The notes below the pieces were generated by a model that was not told the DNA's origin, did no database searches, and saw only the letters and a list, made by a program, of their open reading frames with translations. DNA of 52,602 nt from Dehalococcoidia bacterium (GTDB lineage Bacteria > Chloroflexota > Dehalococcoidia > Lucifugimonadales > JAGWBF01): assembly GCA_021296025.1 (NCBI GenBank), contig JAGWBF010000001.1:9562-62163 (forward strand), read 5' to 3'. Of this stretch, positions 1 to 8,294 are shown piece by piece. The translations under genes were made by a program, and so were the position numbers. Position 1 is the stretch's first letter. Every line of letters begins with the position of its first letter.

Positions 1-378
1 GGGGGCTACATCGCTTCAAAGGCCGACGGCCTAATCTACGCCGGTACTACCGAAGAGCGGGTCGGCTACGATGACAGGCCCACCACCGAAGCAAGGGAGC
101 GGATAATGGGCCTTGCCCTGGATATCCTGCCCTTCCTGGAGGGGGCCCGGCTGGCCCTTCAGACGGCATGCCTTCGTCCTCTGTCCGCCGATGGCCTTCC
201 CATAATCGGAAGGGCCCCCGGCTGGGAGGGTGTATACGTAGCAACGGGGGCTGGACGGAAGGGGATACTGCTAGGGCCCGCCATGGGTCGGGCCGTCGCA
301 GACCTGATAGTCCGGGAGAACACCCAGCTGTCGGTGCAGGAGTTCTCGGTCGGCCGGTTCTCCGACCCTTCGGCATAG
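1..378 (+). CDS. FAD-dependent oxidoreductase (DAO / glycine-oxidase-like family), C-terminal fragment entering from the left edge
   Basis: Frame 1 is open from base 1 to TAG at 376-378. LRPLSADGLPIIG...GVYVATGAGRKGILLGPAMGRAVADLI matches the DAO-family C-terminal pattern. Confidence 0.7.
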   Translation, partial: GGYIASKADGLIYAGTTEERVGYDDRPTTEARERIMGLALDILPFLEGARLALQTACLRPLSADGLPIIGRAPGWEGVYVATGAGRKGILLGPAMGRAVADLIVRENTQLSVQEFSVGRFSDPSA

Positions 379-418
379 CAGCCGACAGCGAGGGGCGAGT
401 GTAAGGAGGCCCAGGCCG

Positions 419-1252
419 CTATTCGCCCTGCAGCAGGGGTTCCAGGTACCGGATGCTCTCAACAAAGTTGTCGAAAGCCTCCTCAGCAGAGGGGATCTCC
501 AGGACGACGTTGCCTCGGTAACCCTTATCCTTGAGCATGTTCACCAGCCTGGGATAGTCCAGGTCGCCATCATCCACCGTTGGATGCATCGTCCCATCCA
601 CCATCTGCTTGAAGTGCACCATGAATAGGTAGTCCAGGGGGAGGGCCTCGATCTCGGCAATGGGGTCGCTTCCCGGGTCTGCCCTGAGGCTGTTGATGGG
701 GTCCACGCATAGCCCCAAGCAGCCACCCTCATCGGGAGACAGCGATTCCCGCACCATGTCCACCAGTATCCCCATACTTCGAATTGGTTGACCGGCGTTC
801 TCCAAGGAGAGCCTTGCCCCTCGTCCCGCGGAGGCTCGCGCCAGGTCTTTCACACCCAAAGCTTCCGTGGGGACATCCCCGGGCCCTTCCCAAGGACCTT
901 CGAATCTCACCGGGTCCACCAGGCGCAGGTGGGGGCCGGTAGAGCCCGCCATATCCACCGTCGTATCCAGGGCTCTCAGGAACACGCTGGAATGGGCAGG
1001 ATCTTCGCTGGAAAGGCATGGATAGGCGACAGCCAGGTTGAAGGTCGTCATAGGGAACATTCTGACCAGCCTGCTCAATCCCGAACTATCGGGACTCCAA
1101 TTCTCTCCCCCACCCTGCTCGTAGGTGCCAAGACAGCCCTGGCGCAGCTCTACGTGCTCGGCCCCTCTTCGGCGGGCCCGCTCGACCAGTTGGGGCAAGC
1201 TGGTCGTGGCAAGCTGCGCCTGCCAAGTGTTGGTTATGGCTCCGATTTTCAC
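419..1252 (-). CDS. sugar phosphate isomerase/epimerase (xylose-isomerase-like TIM barrel)
   Basis: 277-aa ORF with GTG start preceded by GGAGG. KIGAITNTW...AEHVELR...LENAGQP...VHFKQ pattern is typical of AP-endonuclease-2 / xylose-isomerase-like TIM barrels. Confidence 0.7.
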   Translation of the reverse strand: MKIGAITNTWQAQLATTSLPQLVERARRRGAEHVELRQGCLGTYEQGGGENWSPDSSGLSRLVRMFPMTTFNLAVAYPCLSSEDPAHSSVFLRALDTTVDMAGSTGPHLRLVDPVRFEGPWEGPGDVPTEALGVKDLARASAGRGARLSLENAGQPIRSMGILVDMVRESLSPDEGGCLGLCVDPINSLRADPGSDPIAEIEALPLDYLFMVHFKQMVDGTMHPTVDDGDLDYPRLVNMLKDKGYRGNVVLEIPSAEEAFDNFVESIRYLEPLLQGE

Positions 1253-1383
1253 CGGCCACCTCCAAGCTCCATTATTGGGGAGTCAGACCCGGACGGGCGC
1301 TTCGTTCACACTTATTCTATTCGACCTCATCCCCGCCTGGAAGATGCAGTACACGGACGCCCGGACTTGGACAGTCTGGCGTC

Positions 1384-1411
1384 TTGACAGTTGAGGACGA
1401 CTTGCTAGAAT
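1384..1411 (+). promoter_or_regulatory. sigma70-type promoter candidate for the metal ABC operon (TTGACA-N16-TAGAAT)
   Basis: TTGACA at 1384-1389 and TAGAAT at 1406-1411, inside a local AT-rich island of a GC-rich sequence. Confidence 0.45.
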
Positions 1412-1413
1412 AG

Positions 1414-1437
1414 GTTATTGCTAATACTTGCAATAAC
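1414..1437. promoter_or_regulatory. inverted repeat GTTATTGC-N8-GCAATAAC overlapping the predicted transcription start (candidate metalloregulator operator)
   Basis: Perfect 8-bp arms at 1414-1421 and 1430-1437, immediately downstream of the -10 element. The flanking TAGGTTA resembles a DtxR/IdeR-type half site. Confidence 0.4.
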
Positions 1438-1478
1438 TCTTATTTGCACCATCCAGTCGGTCCAACGAGGACAGAACA

Positions 1479-2498
1479 ATCAAGGACTCTGCGAAAATAG
1501 GCCTAAAGGCCCTTCTCCCGTTACTGGTAGTCATCGCCCTGGTCCTGGCGGCGTGCGACCACTCGGCCAGCGAGGATTCGACGGGAAGGCTAAGGGTGGT
1601 TACCACCGTATCCCCAATAACCAGTATCGTGGAAAATATCGGGGGTACCAGGATAGACCTGGAGGGGGTCGTCCCCGAGGGAGTGAACTCCCACACCTTC
1701 GAGCCTGCGCCATCGGTTGCTACCCTTCTGTCCCGGGCCGACCTGGTGGTGCTCAACGGGCTGTTCCTGGAGGAGCCGACCTTGGAGATGGCCCGCGCCA
1801 ACATGAAGTCGGGGGCTGTCATTCTCTCCCTGGGGGACGGTACCATCTCCCGGGAGGACTGGATGTTCGACTTCTCCTTCCCCGAGTCCGATGGCCATCC
1901 CAACCCCCATCTTTGGCCGGACCCCATCCTTGCCCTGAAATACGCGGAGTTGGTTAAAGATGCCCTGTCTTCCGCAGACCCGGAGAATGCCGAATACTAC
2001 GGCGAGAACCTGGACAAGTTCGGCCAGCGAATCCAGGAGCTGGACGAAAAGATAAGGATAGCGGTTAGCACGGTGCCTCCCGAAAACCGGAAGCTGCTCA
2101 CCTACCATGACTCCTGGGCATACTTCGCCAAGAGGTACGGCATGGAGGTGGTGGGCGCTGCCCAGCCGTCGGACTTCGCAGAGCCTTCGTCCAGAGAGGT
2201 TGCCCGCCTCATCGACCAGGTAAGGGAAGCACGTATTCCCGCCATATTCGGCTCCGAGGTGTTCCCCAGCGATGTGCTGGAAACAATCGCCAATGAGTCG
2301 GGGGCGGAGTACGTTGACCAGCTGCGAGATGATGATCTTCCCGGAGGGCCCGGCGACCCACGGCACTCCTACCTGGGACTGATGCTGCAGAACCTGGAGA
2401 TCATGGTCTCCAGCCTGGGCGGCGACGCGTCCGCTCTGGAAGGCTTCGATCCCGGCCCGGTGTTCGAAGGGACCAGCGAGGCCGAATACCCCCAGTAA
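1479..2498 (+). CDS. metal (Zn/Mn/Fe) ABC transporter substrate-binding lipoprotein, TroA/ZnuA family
   Basis: The ORF track calls 1596-2498 (GTG). The same frame is open back to TAA at 1434-1436 and encodes KDSAKIGLKALLPLLVVIALVLAAC, a signal peptide with lipobox. The only plausible start is ATC 1479 (GAGGA 7 nt upstream) or ATA 1497. The body shows TroA-like motifs (NSHTFEP, DPHLWPDP, YHDSWAYF). Confidence 0.85.
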   Translation: MKDSAKIGLKALLPLLVVIALVLAACDHSASEDSTGRLRVVTTVSPITSIVENIGGTRIDLEGVVPEGVNSHTFEPAPSVATLLSRADLVVLNGLFLEEPTLEMARANMKSGAVILSLGDGTISREDWMFDFSFPESDGHPNPHLWPDPILALKYAELVKDALSSADPENAEYYGENLDKFGQRIQELDEKIRIAVSTVPPENRKLLTYHDSWAYFAKRYGMEVVGAAQPSDFAEPSSREVARLIDQVREARIPAIFGSEVFPSDVLETIANESGAEYVDQLRDDDLPGGPGDPRHSYLGLMLQNLEIMVSSLGGDASALEGFDPGPVFEGTSEAEYPQ

Positions 2499-2507
2499 GG
2501 TTATACG

Positions 2508-3383
2508 ATGCTCCATCCCATTCCCCATGAAAGATCAAACGGTCAGCCGGTGGTCGAGCTGAAGGAAGTCACCTGCGGCTACAATGGCCAGCCGGTTCTG
2601 AACGATCTTTCTCTGGCAATCATGCCCGGGGACTTCGTTGGACTGCTGGGCCCCAGCGGCTCCGGCAAGACCACCCTCCTTCGGACCATCCTCGGGGCTG
2701 TCCCCCTCATGGGGGGCCAGGTGATGGTGCACGGGACAGACATCACCCGCCAAAGTCAACACCCTGGCTATGTGCCCCAGCTGGAAACCATTGACTGGAA
2801 CTTCCCCGTCACCGTGGAAGAAGTGGTGATGATGGGGCGGACCATGTCCAACGTGGTGTTTCCCTGGTACAAGCGCCAGGAGCAGAAGCTGGCCCACCAG
2901 ATGATGGAGCGTTTGGGCATATCCCACCTCGCGCGGCGCCATATACGGGACCTGTCCGGCGGTCAGCAGCAGCGGGTATTCCTGGCGAGGGCCCTGGTCG
3001 GCAGCCCCCGGCTGTTGCTCCTGGATGAGCCAACCAGCGGCGTGGACATCAAGACCAGAGATGATGCCATGCACCTGCTGCACGACCTGAACCACCAGGG
3101 CGTGACCATAATCATGACCACCCACGAGATAAACGCCGTGGCGGTGCATCTGCCATGGATCGTGTGCATCAACGGACGCAAGGTCGCGGAAGGGCCGCCG
3201 GCCCAGATCATTTCCCCCGAGGTCCTGAAGCAGACCTACGGGGCAGAGATGCCCGTCATCCAGTACGAGGGGATGACCCTGGTGGCCGAAAGCCCCCACC
3301 ATTACAGCTCCGGAGTGCGGAACAGCAAGGACACTGCCGAACACCGGGCGGCGCACGACAGAGGCCCCGAAGAGCGTGCTTGA
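2508..3383 (+). CDS. metal ABC transporter ATP-binding protein
   Basis: Walker A GPSGSGKTT, signature LSGGQQQR, Walker B LLLLDEP. Overlaps the next gene by 8 nt. Confidence 0.9.
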   Translation: MLHPIPHERSNGQPVVELKEVTCGYNGQPVLNDLSLAIMPGDFVGLLGPSGSGKTTLLRTILGAVPLMGGQVMVHGTDITRQSQHPGYVPQLETIDWNFPVTVEEVVMMGRTMSNVVFPWYKRQEQKLAHQMMERLGISHLARRHIRDLSGGQQQRVFLARALVGSPRLLLLDEPTSGVDIKTRDDAMHLLHDLNHQGVTIIMTTHEINAVAVHLPWIVCINGRKVAEGPPAQIISPEVLKQTYGAEMPVIQYEGMTLVAESPHHYSSGVRNSKDTAEHRAAHDRGPEERA

Positions 3384-4251
3384 ACCATTCCAGTACGACT
3401 TCTTCGTCCGCGGTCTGTTGGCAGCAACCCTGGTCGGAGGGCTTTGCGGCCTGATCGGCGTTTACGTGGTCCTCAGGCGCATGTCCTATATCGGGCACGG
3501 GCTGGCCCACGCCATCTTCGGCGGGGCTGTCGTCAGCTACGTTATGTCAATCAACTTCTTCATCGGCGGGAGCCTGTGGGGGTTCCTATCGGCCCTGCTG
3601 ATCACCCTGACCACTCGGAAGCGCAAGATAGGGGCCGATGCGGCCATCGGGATAATCACCACCGCCAGCTTCGCCCTAGGCGTCGCCCTTATCAGCCGCT
3701 TCAGGACCTTTACCCGCAGCTTCGACGCAGCCCTGTTCGGAAACATCAACGGGGTAAGCCAGGGGGACCTGCTCGCCATAATCGTAGTTGCTGCCGCCAC
3801 CGTCATCATCCTGTTCCTGGGCTACAAGCTGATCCTGTTCACCACCTTCGACGAAGAGGTGGCCCGCTTCTACGGTGTTCCCACTGGCTGGGTGGACACG
3901 ATGTTCTCTCTGGTGCTCGCTGCTACGATAGTGGTTTCAATGCAGGTGTTGGGGGTCACCCTGATCGCCGCCGCCATCGTGATTCCTCCGGTGGTAGCGC
4001 GACTGATGACCGACAGCTTCAAGGACATGGTGGTCCTATCGACGGGCATCGGCGCAGCGTGTGGGCTGATCGGAATCTACGTCAGCTACTTTATCGATGT
4101 GTCATCGGGGGCCAGCGTCGTCCTATTCTCCGCCCTGCTGTTTGTTCTCGCGCTGGTGTACACCAACCTCAAGGGAAGGCTGTTCCCCTCCACCGGCGCC
4201 CTGCCCAGCCGAGGGTCCCGAAACCCGAGCTCCTCTGACCTGCTCGAATAG
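3376..4251 (+). CDS. metal ABC transporter permease (ZnuB/TroC/MntB-like)
   Basis: 291-aa polytopic hydrophobic protein. FxxxFFxRALLA-like N-terminus (FQYDFFVRGLLAATLVGGLCGLIGVYVVLRRMSYIGHGLAHAIFGG) is typical of ABC-3 permeases. Confidence 0.9.
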   Translation: MLEPFQYDFFVRGLLAATLVGGLCGLIGVYVVLRRMSYIGHGLAHAIFGGAVVSYVMSINFFIGGSLWGFLSALLITLTTRKRKIGADAAIGIITTASFALGVALISRFRTFTRSFDAALFGNINGVSQGDLLAIIVVAAATVIILFLGYKLILFTTFDEEVARFYGVPTGWVDTMFSLVLAATIVVSMQVLGVTLIAAAIVIPPVVARLMTDSFKDMVVLSTGIGAACGLIGIYVSYFIDVSSGASVVLFSALLFVLALVYTNLKGRLFPSTGALPSRGSRNPSSSDLLE

Positions 4252-4320
4252 GGTTCTCGGGACCCGAAAACGTTTCTCGACCTCCCGCCGGCTCGGATTC
4301 AGCGCCTGTGTAAAGCGCAG

Positions 4321-4349
4321 TTGACATGGGCTTTGGGACACATTAAAGT
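4321..4349 (+). promoter_or_regulatory. promoter candidate TTGACA-N17-TAAAGT for the DUF1800 operon
   Basis: TTGACA 4321-4326 and TAAAGT 4344-4349 would give a 5'UTR of about 130 nt ending in the RBS GAAAGGAGG. Confidence 0.4.
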
Positions 4350-4486
4350 TATGCCGAATATAGGTTGTGCAGGCCTGCAGTTGCCGGCCAATGCATCCTT
4401 CGCCCTCCCAGCAATAGAGGTGTAAACCTTCTGAAGCTGAAACGATCTTCTGAAGCACGAACGAACCATATCGAAAGGAGGTCTTC

Positions 4487-5905
4487 ATGGCAGAAAGCGA
4501 CATTGCTCTGATGGCCCATTTGATGCGCCGCGCCGGCTTCGGAGCAACGAGAGATGAGTTGGAAGCCTACGTTGCCAAGGGATACGAAGCGACCGTAGAT
4601 GAGTTAGTACATCCGGAAAGACAGCCTGATGTGGACTTCGACCTGATGGAACGCTCCCTGCCCGAGTACGGAGAGCTGGCTGGCATCGAGTCCAACCAGC
4701 AGTCCTGGGTATACCGCATGGTCAACACCAAGCGTCCTCTCCAGGAGAAGATGACCCTGTTCTGGCACGGGATTCTCTGCACCGGCTTCGCCAAGATCGA
4801 CTACGGCCGAATGATGAGCATCTACGCCGACCTTTTCCGTCGCAAGGGCTTGGGCAACTACCGGGAGCTGATCATGGAGTTGTCCTCCCATCCGACCATG
4901 GTCTATTACCTGGACAACACAGACAACCACAAGGACGCCATTAACGAGAACTACGGCAGGGAGCTCTTGGAGCTCTTCACCCTGGGTGTGGGAATGGACG
5001 GCAACTTCAACTACACCGAGGATGATGTGAAGGCTGCTTCCAGGGCCTTCACGGGCTGGAGCGTAAACCCCGCCCTGCCTGTATTCCCCTATGGCCGCAG
5101 CCCCTGGAGCTTCCGTTTCGATCCGACGGATCACGACGACAGCGAAAAGACCTTCCTTGGCAAGACCGGCCGGTGGAACGGCGGCGACATCGTCAACATG
5201 GCTGTCGAGCAGCCCGCCACAGCCCGGTTCATCAGCCGCCACCTGTACAACTTCTTCGTGGCCGATGAACCCCAGGTACCGGCCTGGAAGGACACCCCTC
5301 CCAGGGACCCGGAGGCCATACAGATACTGGAGAAGGCCTTTGTGGACAGCGGCTACGAGATGTCCGAGGTGATGTCCACCCTGTTCAACTCGGACTTCTT
5401 CAAGAACGCTCGATTCCAGAAGGTCAAGAGCCCTGCAGAAGTGGTCGCTGGGACCATAAGGCTGGTCAAGGACCACCAGCAGGTGAAACCCGGACTCTTC
5501 CCCGTAATGAAGGAGTGCACCTTCATGGGCCAGGACCTGCTGAACCCACCCACCGTGGAAGGCTGGCACACAGGCCGTGAGTGGATCGACAGCGGGACCT
5601 TGGTGGAGCGCATCAACTTCGTTGCGGACCAAGTGGGCAATCTTGACCTGCCTGGAGTACAGCTTATCGCCAGCAGGATGACTGGCGACAATTCCATAAC
5701 CTCTCCCGAGGCTTTCGTAGATGGCTGCTTGAGCCTGATCGGCCCGGTGGAAGTCAGCGAAAAGACCAAGGAAGCCTTGGTAGAGCATGCCAAGGGCGGA
5801 GGCGAAATTCGCCGTGGCACCGAGGAAGAGCGTAGCAGCTTTGCTCGCCGTGTTGGGGAGATGCTCCAGCTGATAGTTGCTACCGCAGAATACCAGTACA
5901 ACTAG
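4487..5905 (+). CDS. DUF1800 domain-containing protein (no signal peptide)
   Basis: 472 aa. HLMRRAGFGATRDELE near the N-terminus and WHGILCT / NENYGRELLELFTLGVG are DUF1800 hallmarks as I recall them. Strong RBS. Confidence 0.8.
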   Translation: MAESDIALMAHLMRRAGFGATRDELEAYVAKGYEATVDELVHPERQPDVDFDLMERSLPEYGELAGIESNQQSWVYRMVNTKRPLQEKMTLFWHGILCTGFAKIDYGRMMSIYADLFRRKGLGNYRELIMELSSHPTMVYYLDNTDNHKDAINENYGRELLELFTLGVGMDGNFNYTEDDVKAASRAFTGWSVNPALPVFPYGRSPWSFRFDPTDHDDSEKTFLGKTGRWNGGDIVNMAVEQPATARFISRHLYNFFVADEPQVPAWKDTPPRDPEAIQILEKAFVDSGYEMSEVMSTLFNSDFFKNARFQKVKSPAEVVAGTIRLVKDHQQVKPGLFPVMKECTFMGQDLLNPPTVEGWHTGREWIDSGTLVERINFVADQVGNLDLPGVQLIASRMTGDNSITSPEAFVDGCLSLIGPVEVSEKTKEALVEHAKGGGEIRRGTEEERSSFARRVGEMLQLIVATAEYQYN

Positions 5906-5923
5906 CATATCTCAGGAGGACAG

Positions 5924-7063
5924 ATGATGGCTGGCAACGGAAAGGATAGGGTACTGGTGGTCTTGTCGTTGTCCGGTGGCAACGATTTCCTGAACACCGT
6001 AGTCCCTTACACCAACCCCCTGTACCAGGATTACAGGCCTACCTTGGGGATACCCGAGGATCAGGTCCTTCGGATAAACGATGAGGTGGGGTTCCATCCC
6101 AGCATGACCGAGCTCAAGGGGATCTACGATCAGGGCAAAATGGCGGTCATACAGGGAGTGGGCTATCCCCATCCCAGCCGGTCCCATTTCCGGTCCATGG
6201 ATATATGGCACACCTGCGAACCGGATACCATCGGCCAGGAAGGCTGGCTCGGCAGGACCATCAAGGAGATGGACCCCAACGCCGACAACGTGCTGACCGG
6301 CGTCAACTTCGGACGCGGGCTTCCCAGGGCCCTGGTCGCTCCGGGAGTTCCCGTAGCTTCCGTGGGCAATATTGAGACCTACGGCCTGCTCACAGGCATC
6401 GAGGGCAACCAGCAAAGGACAGATGCGCTGGATGTGTTTTCGAGGATGTATGCTCCCGCCATCGGGTCCGGGCCGGTAATGGATTATATATGGGAGACAG
6501 GAAGGTCCGCTCTCAAGGGCGCGGACATCCTGCAGACAGCTCCCCAGAAGTACGCTTCCAACGTGGAGTATGGCTCCTCCCCCATCGCCCAAGGGATGAA
6601 GGCCATCGCCCAGGTGCACTTTGCCGAGTTTGGCACGCGCATCCTGTACACGACCTCCCCCTACAACTCCTTCGACACCCACGCTTCCCAGGCGGGCGCC
6701 CACGCTCAGCTATGGCGCCAGGTCTCCGAATCGGTGGCCGACTTCTATGAGGACCTCCGAGAGCATAACCAGGGTGACGAGGTGCTCCTGTTCATGTTCA
6801 GTGAGTTCGGACGTCGAGCCAGGGACAATGGCGGCGGAACCGACCATGGCACAGGCGGAGCATGCTGGATAATTGGCGACCATGTTAATGGCGGCCTATA
6901 CGGCGAGTATCCCTCCCTGAACCAGGGCGACCTGGAAGATGGTGGAGACCTGATGCACAACGTCGATTTCCGCAGCGTGTACACAACCATCCTGGAAAAG
7001 TGGCTGGGCATGGATGCCAAACCCTTGGTGGGCGGCTCCTACGAGCCCATGGGCTTTCTTTAG
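5924..7063 (+). CDS. DUF1501 domain-containing protein (sulfatase/alkaline-phosphatase-like fold, no Tat signal)
   Basis: 379 aa. LSGGNDFLNTVVPY, YPHPSRSHFRSMDIW, FDTHASQ, SEFGRR..DNGGGTDHGTGG. AGGAGG RBS. Confidence 0.85.
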   Translation: MMAGNGKDRVLVVLSLSGGNDFLNTVVPYTNPLYQDYRPTLGIPEDQVLRINDEVGFHPSMTELKGIYDQGKMAVIQGVGYPHPSRSHFRSMDIWHTCEPDTIGQEGWLGRTIKEMDPNADNVLTGVNFGRGLPRALVAPGVPVASVGNIETYGLLTGIEGNQQRTDALDVFSRMYAPAIGSGPVMDYIWETGRSALKGADILQTAPQKYASNVEYGSSPIAQGMKAIAQVHFAEFGTRILYTTSPYNSFDTHASQAGAHAQLWRQVSESVADFYEDLREHNQGDEVLLFMFSEFGRRARDNGGGTDHGTGGACWIIGDHVNGGLYGEYPSLNQGDLEDGGDLMHNVDFRSVYTTILEKWLGMDAKPLVGGSYEPMGFL

Positions 7064-7168
7064 AAACCAGGTGTCGGCTGCACCTTTCGAGAATGGGCAG
7101 CCGACAGACATATCGGAAGAGATGTTCTCGATACCAGAAGATGCCCATTTCTATGGCGTGAGGTAAAC

Positions 7169-8155
7169 ATGAGCACCATATTCTTTGGGATCGCCGACCG
7201 AACCTTCGTTTTCGACAGGACAGTCGGCCGAGCCGAATTCTCCGGGTCCGGTTTCCGTGCACCCATGGACCTGGCTGTCGCACCTGACGGACGCATCTAC
7301 GTGGCCAACCGGTCATGGGAGTACCGGCCCGATGGCGTGCGCGTCACCATGCTTACCATCGATGAGGACTACATCGGCCAGTTCTCCAGCTACGGCGATG
7401 GCGACGGGCAGCTTATCTGGCCCAGCTCCGTTGCTGTGGACAGCAACCAGAACGTGTACGTCACCGACGATCACCTGAACCGGGTGTCAGTCTTCGACAA
7501 GGACGGCCAGTTCCTGCACAAGTGGGGCGAGGCCGGAAGCGGCGACGGGCAGCTGAACCAGCCCTACTGCATCCGCTTCGACAAAGAGGACAATGCCTAC
7601 ATATCCGACAGCGGCAACAATCGTATCCAGAAGTTCAGCAAAGACGGCAGGTTCATGTCCAAGTTCGGCCAGCAGGGCAGCAGGGCCGGTGAGCTGAACC
7701 TGCCTTGGGGTATAACCATAGACAACGATGGCAACATCCTCGTCGCAGACTGGCGCAACGACCGCATCCAGAAATTCAGCCCCGATGGACAATACCTGTC
7801 CGACTTCGGCAACACCGGTACCTCCGTCGGACAGTTCCGCCGGCCCACCGGTGTGGCGGTGGACAAGGACGGTGACATATACGTAGCCGACTGGATGAAC
7901 GACCGGGTACAGGTGTTCACCGGCGACGCGAGGTATGTCACCACCTTCCTTGGCGAAGCCAGTCTGTCCAAGTGGGGCGAGGAGAAGCTTAACTCCAACC
8001 CCGATATGATCCGGCAGAGGAACATGGTCCAGAACAAGGAAGCAGAGCGGAGGCTCTGGCGCCCCAAGGCGGTCGCCGTGGACTCCGAGGGCCGGGTGAT
8101 CATAGTGGACAGCAATAGACAGCGCCTTCAGGTCTATCGAAAGGAAGTCCGGTAG
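7169..8155 (+). CDS. NHL-repeat six-bladed beta-propeller protein
   Basis: Six repeats of about 45 aa with the pattern P.GVAVD..GNIYVAD..N.RIQKF..DG.F (e.g. NNRIQKFSKDGRF, NDRIQKFSPDGQY, NDRVQVFTGDARY). Confidence 0.85.
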   Translation: MSTIFFGIADRTFVFDRTVGRAEFSGSGFRAPMDLAVAPDGRIYVANRSWEYRPDGVRVTMLTIDEDYIGQFSSYGDGDGQLIWPSSVAVDSNQNVYVTDDHLNRVSVFDKDGQFLHKWGEAGSGDGQLNQPYCIRFDKEDNAYISDSGNNRIQKFSKDGRFMSKFGQQGSRAGELNLPWGITIDNDGNILVADWRNDRIQKFSPDGQYLSDFGNTGTSVGQFRRPTGVAVDKDGDIYVADWMNDRVQVFTGDARYVTTFLGEASLSKWGEEKLNSNPDMIRQRNMVQNKEAERRLWRPKAVAVDSEGRVIIVDSNRQRLQVYRKEVR

Positions 8156-8204
8156 ACCTCCAGCTTTCGCACCCCACTGGTGCACCAATAAGGTTTCCAG
8201 GCAT

Positions 8205-8230
8205 CGAAATCCCCCATATGGGGGATTTCG
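8205..8230 (+). terminator. perfect 26-nt palindrome / hairpin downstream of the NHL gene (possible terminator without a U-tract)
   Basis: CGAAATCCCCCATATGGGGGATTTCG lies 50 nt after the stop at 8155. No T-run follows. Confidence 0.3.
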
Positions 8231-8294
8231 GCTATGATGGAGGTGTGCGTCCATAGACGGAAACCCTCCATATATGGGCGGCAAGGAGGGCCAT

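Noticed and set aside
1418-1957. 179-aa + strand ORF upstream of and overlapping the substrate-binding protein
   Set aside because: It is in a different frame from the TroA-like protein, starts inside the promoter/operator and gives an Arg/Gly/Pro-rich product. The real N-terminus is the lipoprotein signal in the other frame.
4604-5908. 434-aa minus-strand ORF antisense to DUF1800, plus similar long antisense ORFs at 1590-2528, 2535-3356, 10651-11634, 13746-14639, 30272-31078, 39482-40390 and 42773-43510
   Set aside because: Each overlaps a sense-strand gene that has clear family motifs. Their products are Gly/Arg/Pro/His-rich with no recognisable domains. Such ORFs are expected in a high-GC sequence that lacks stop codons.
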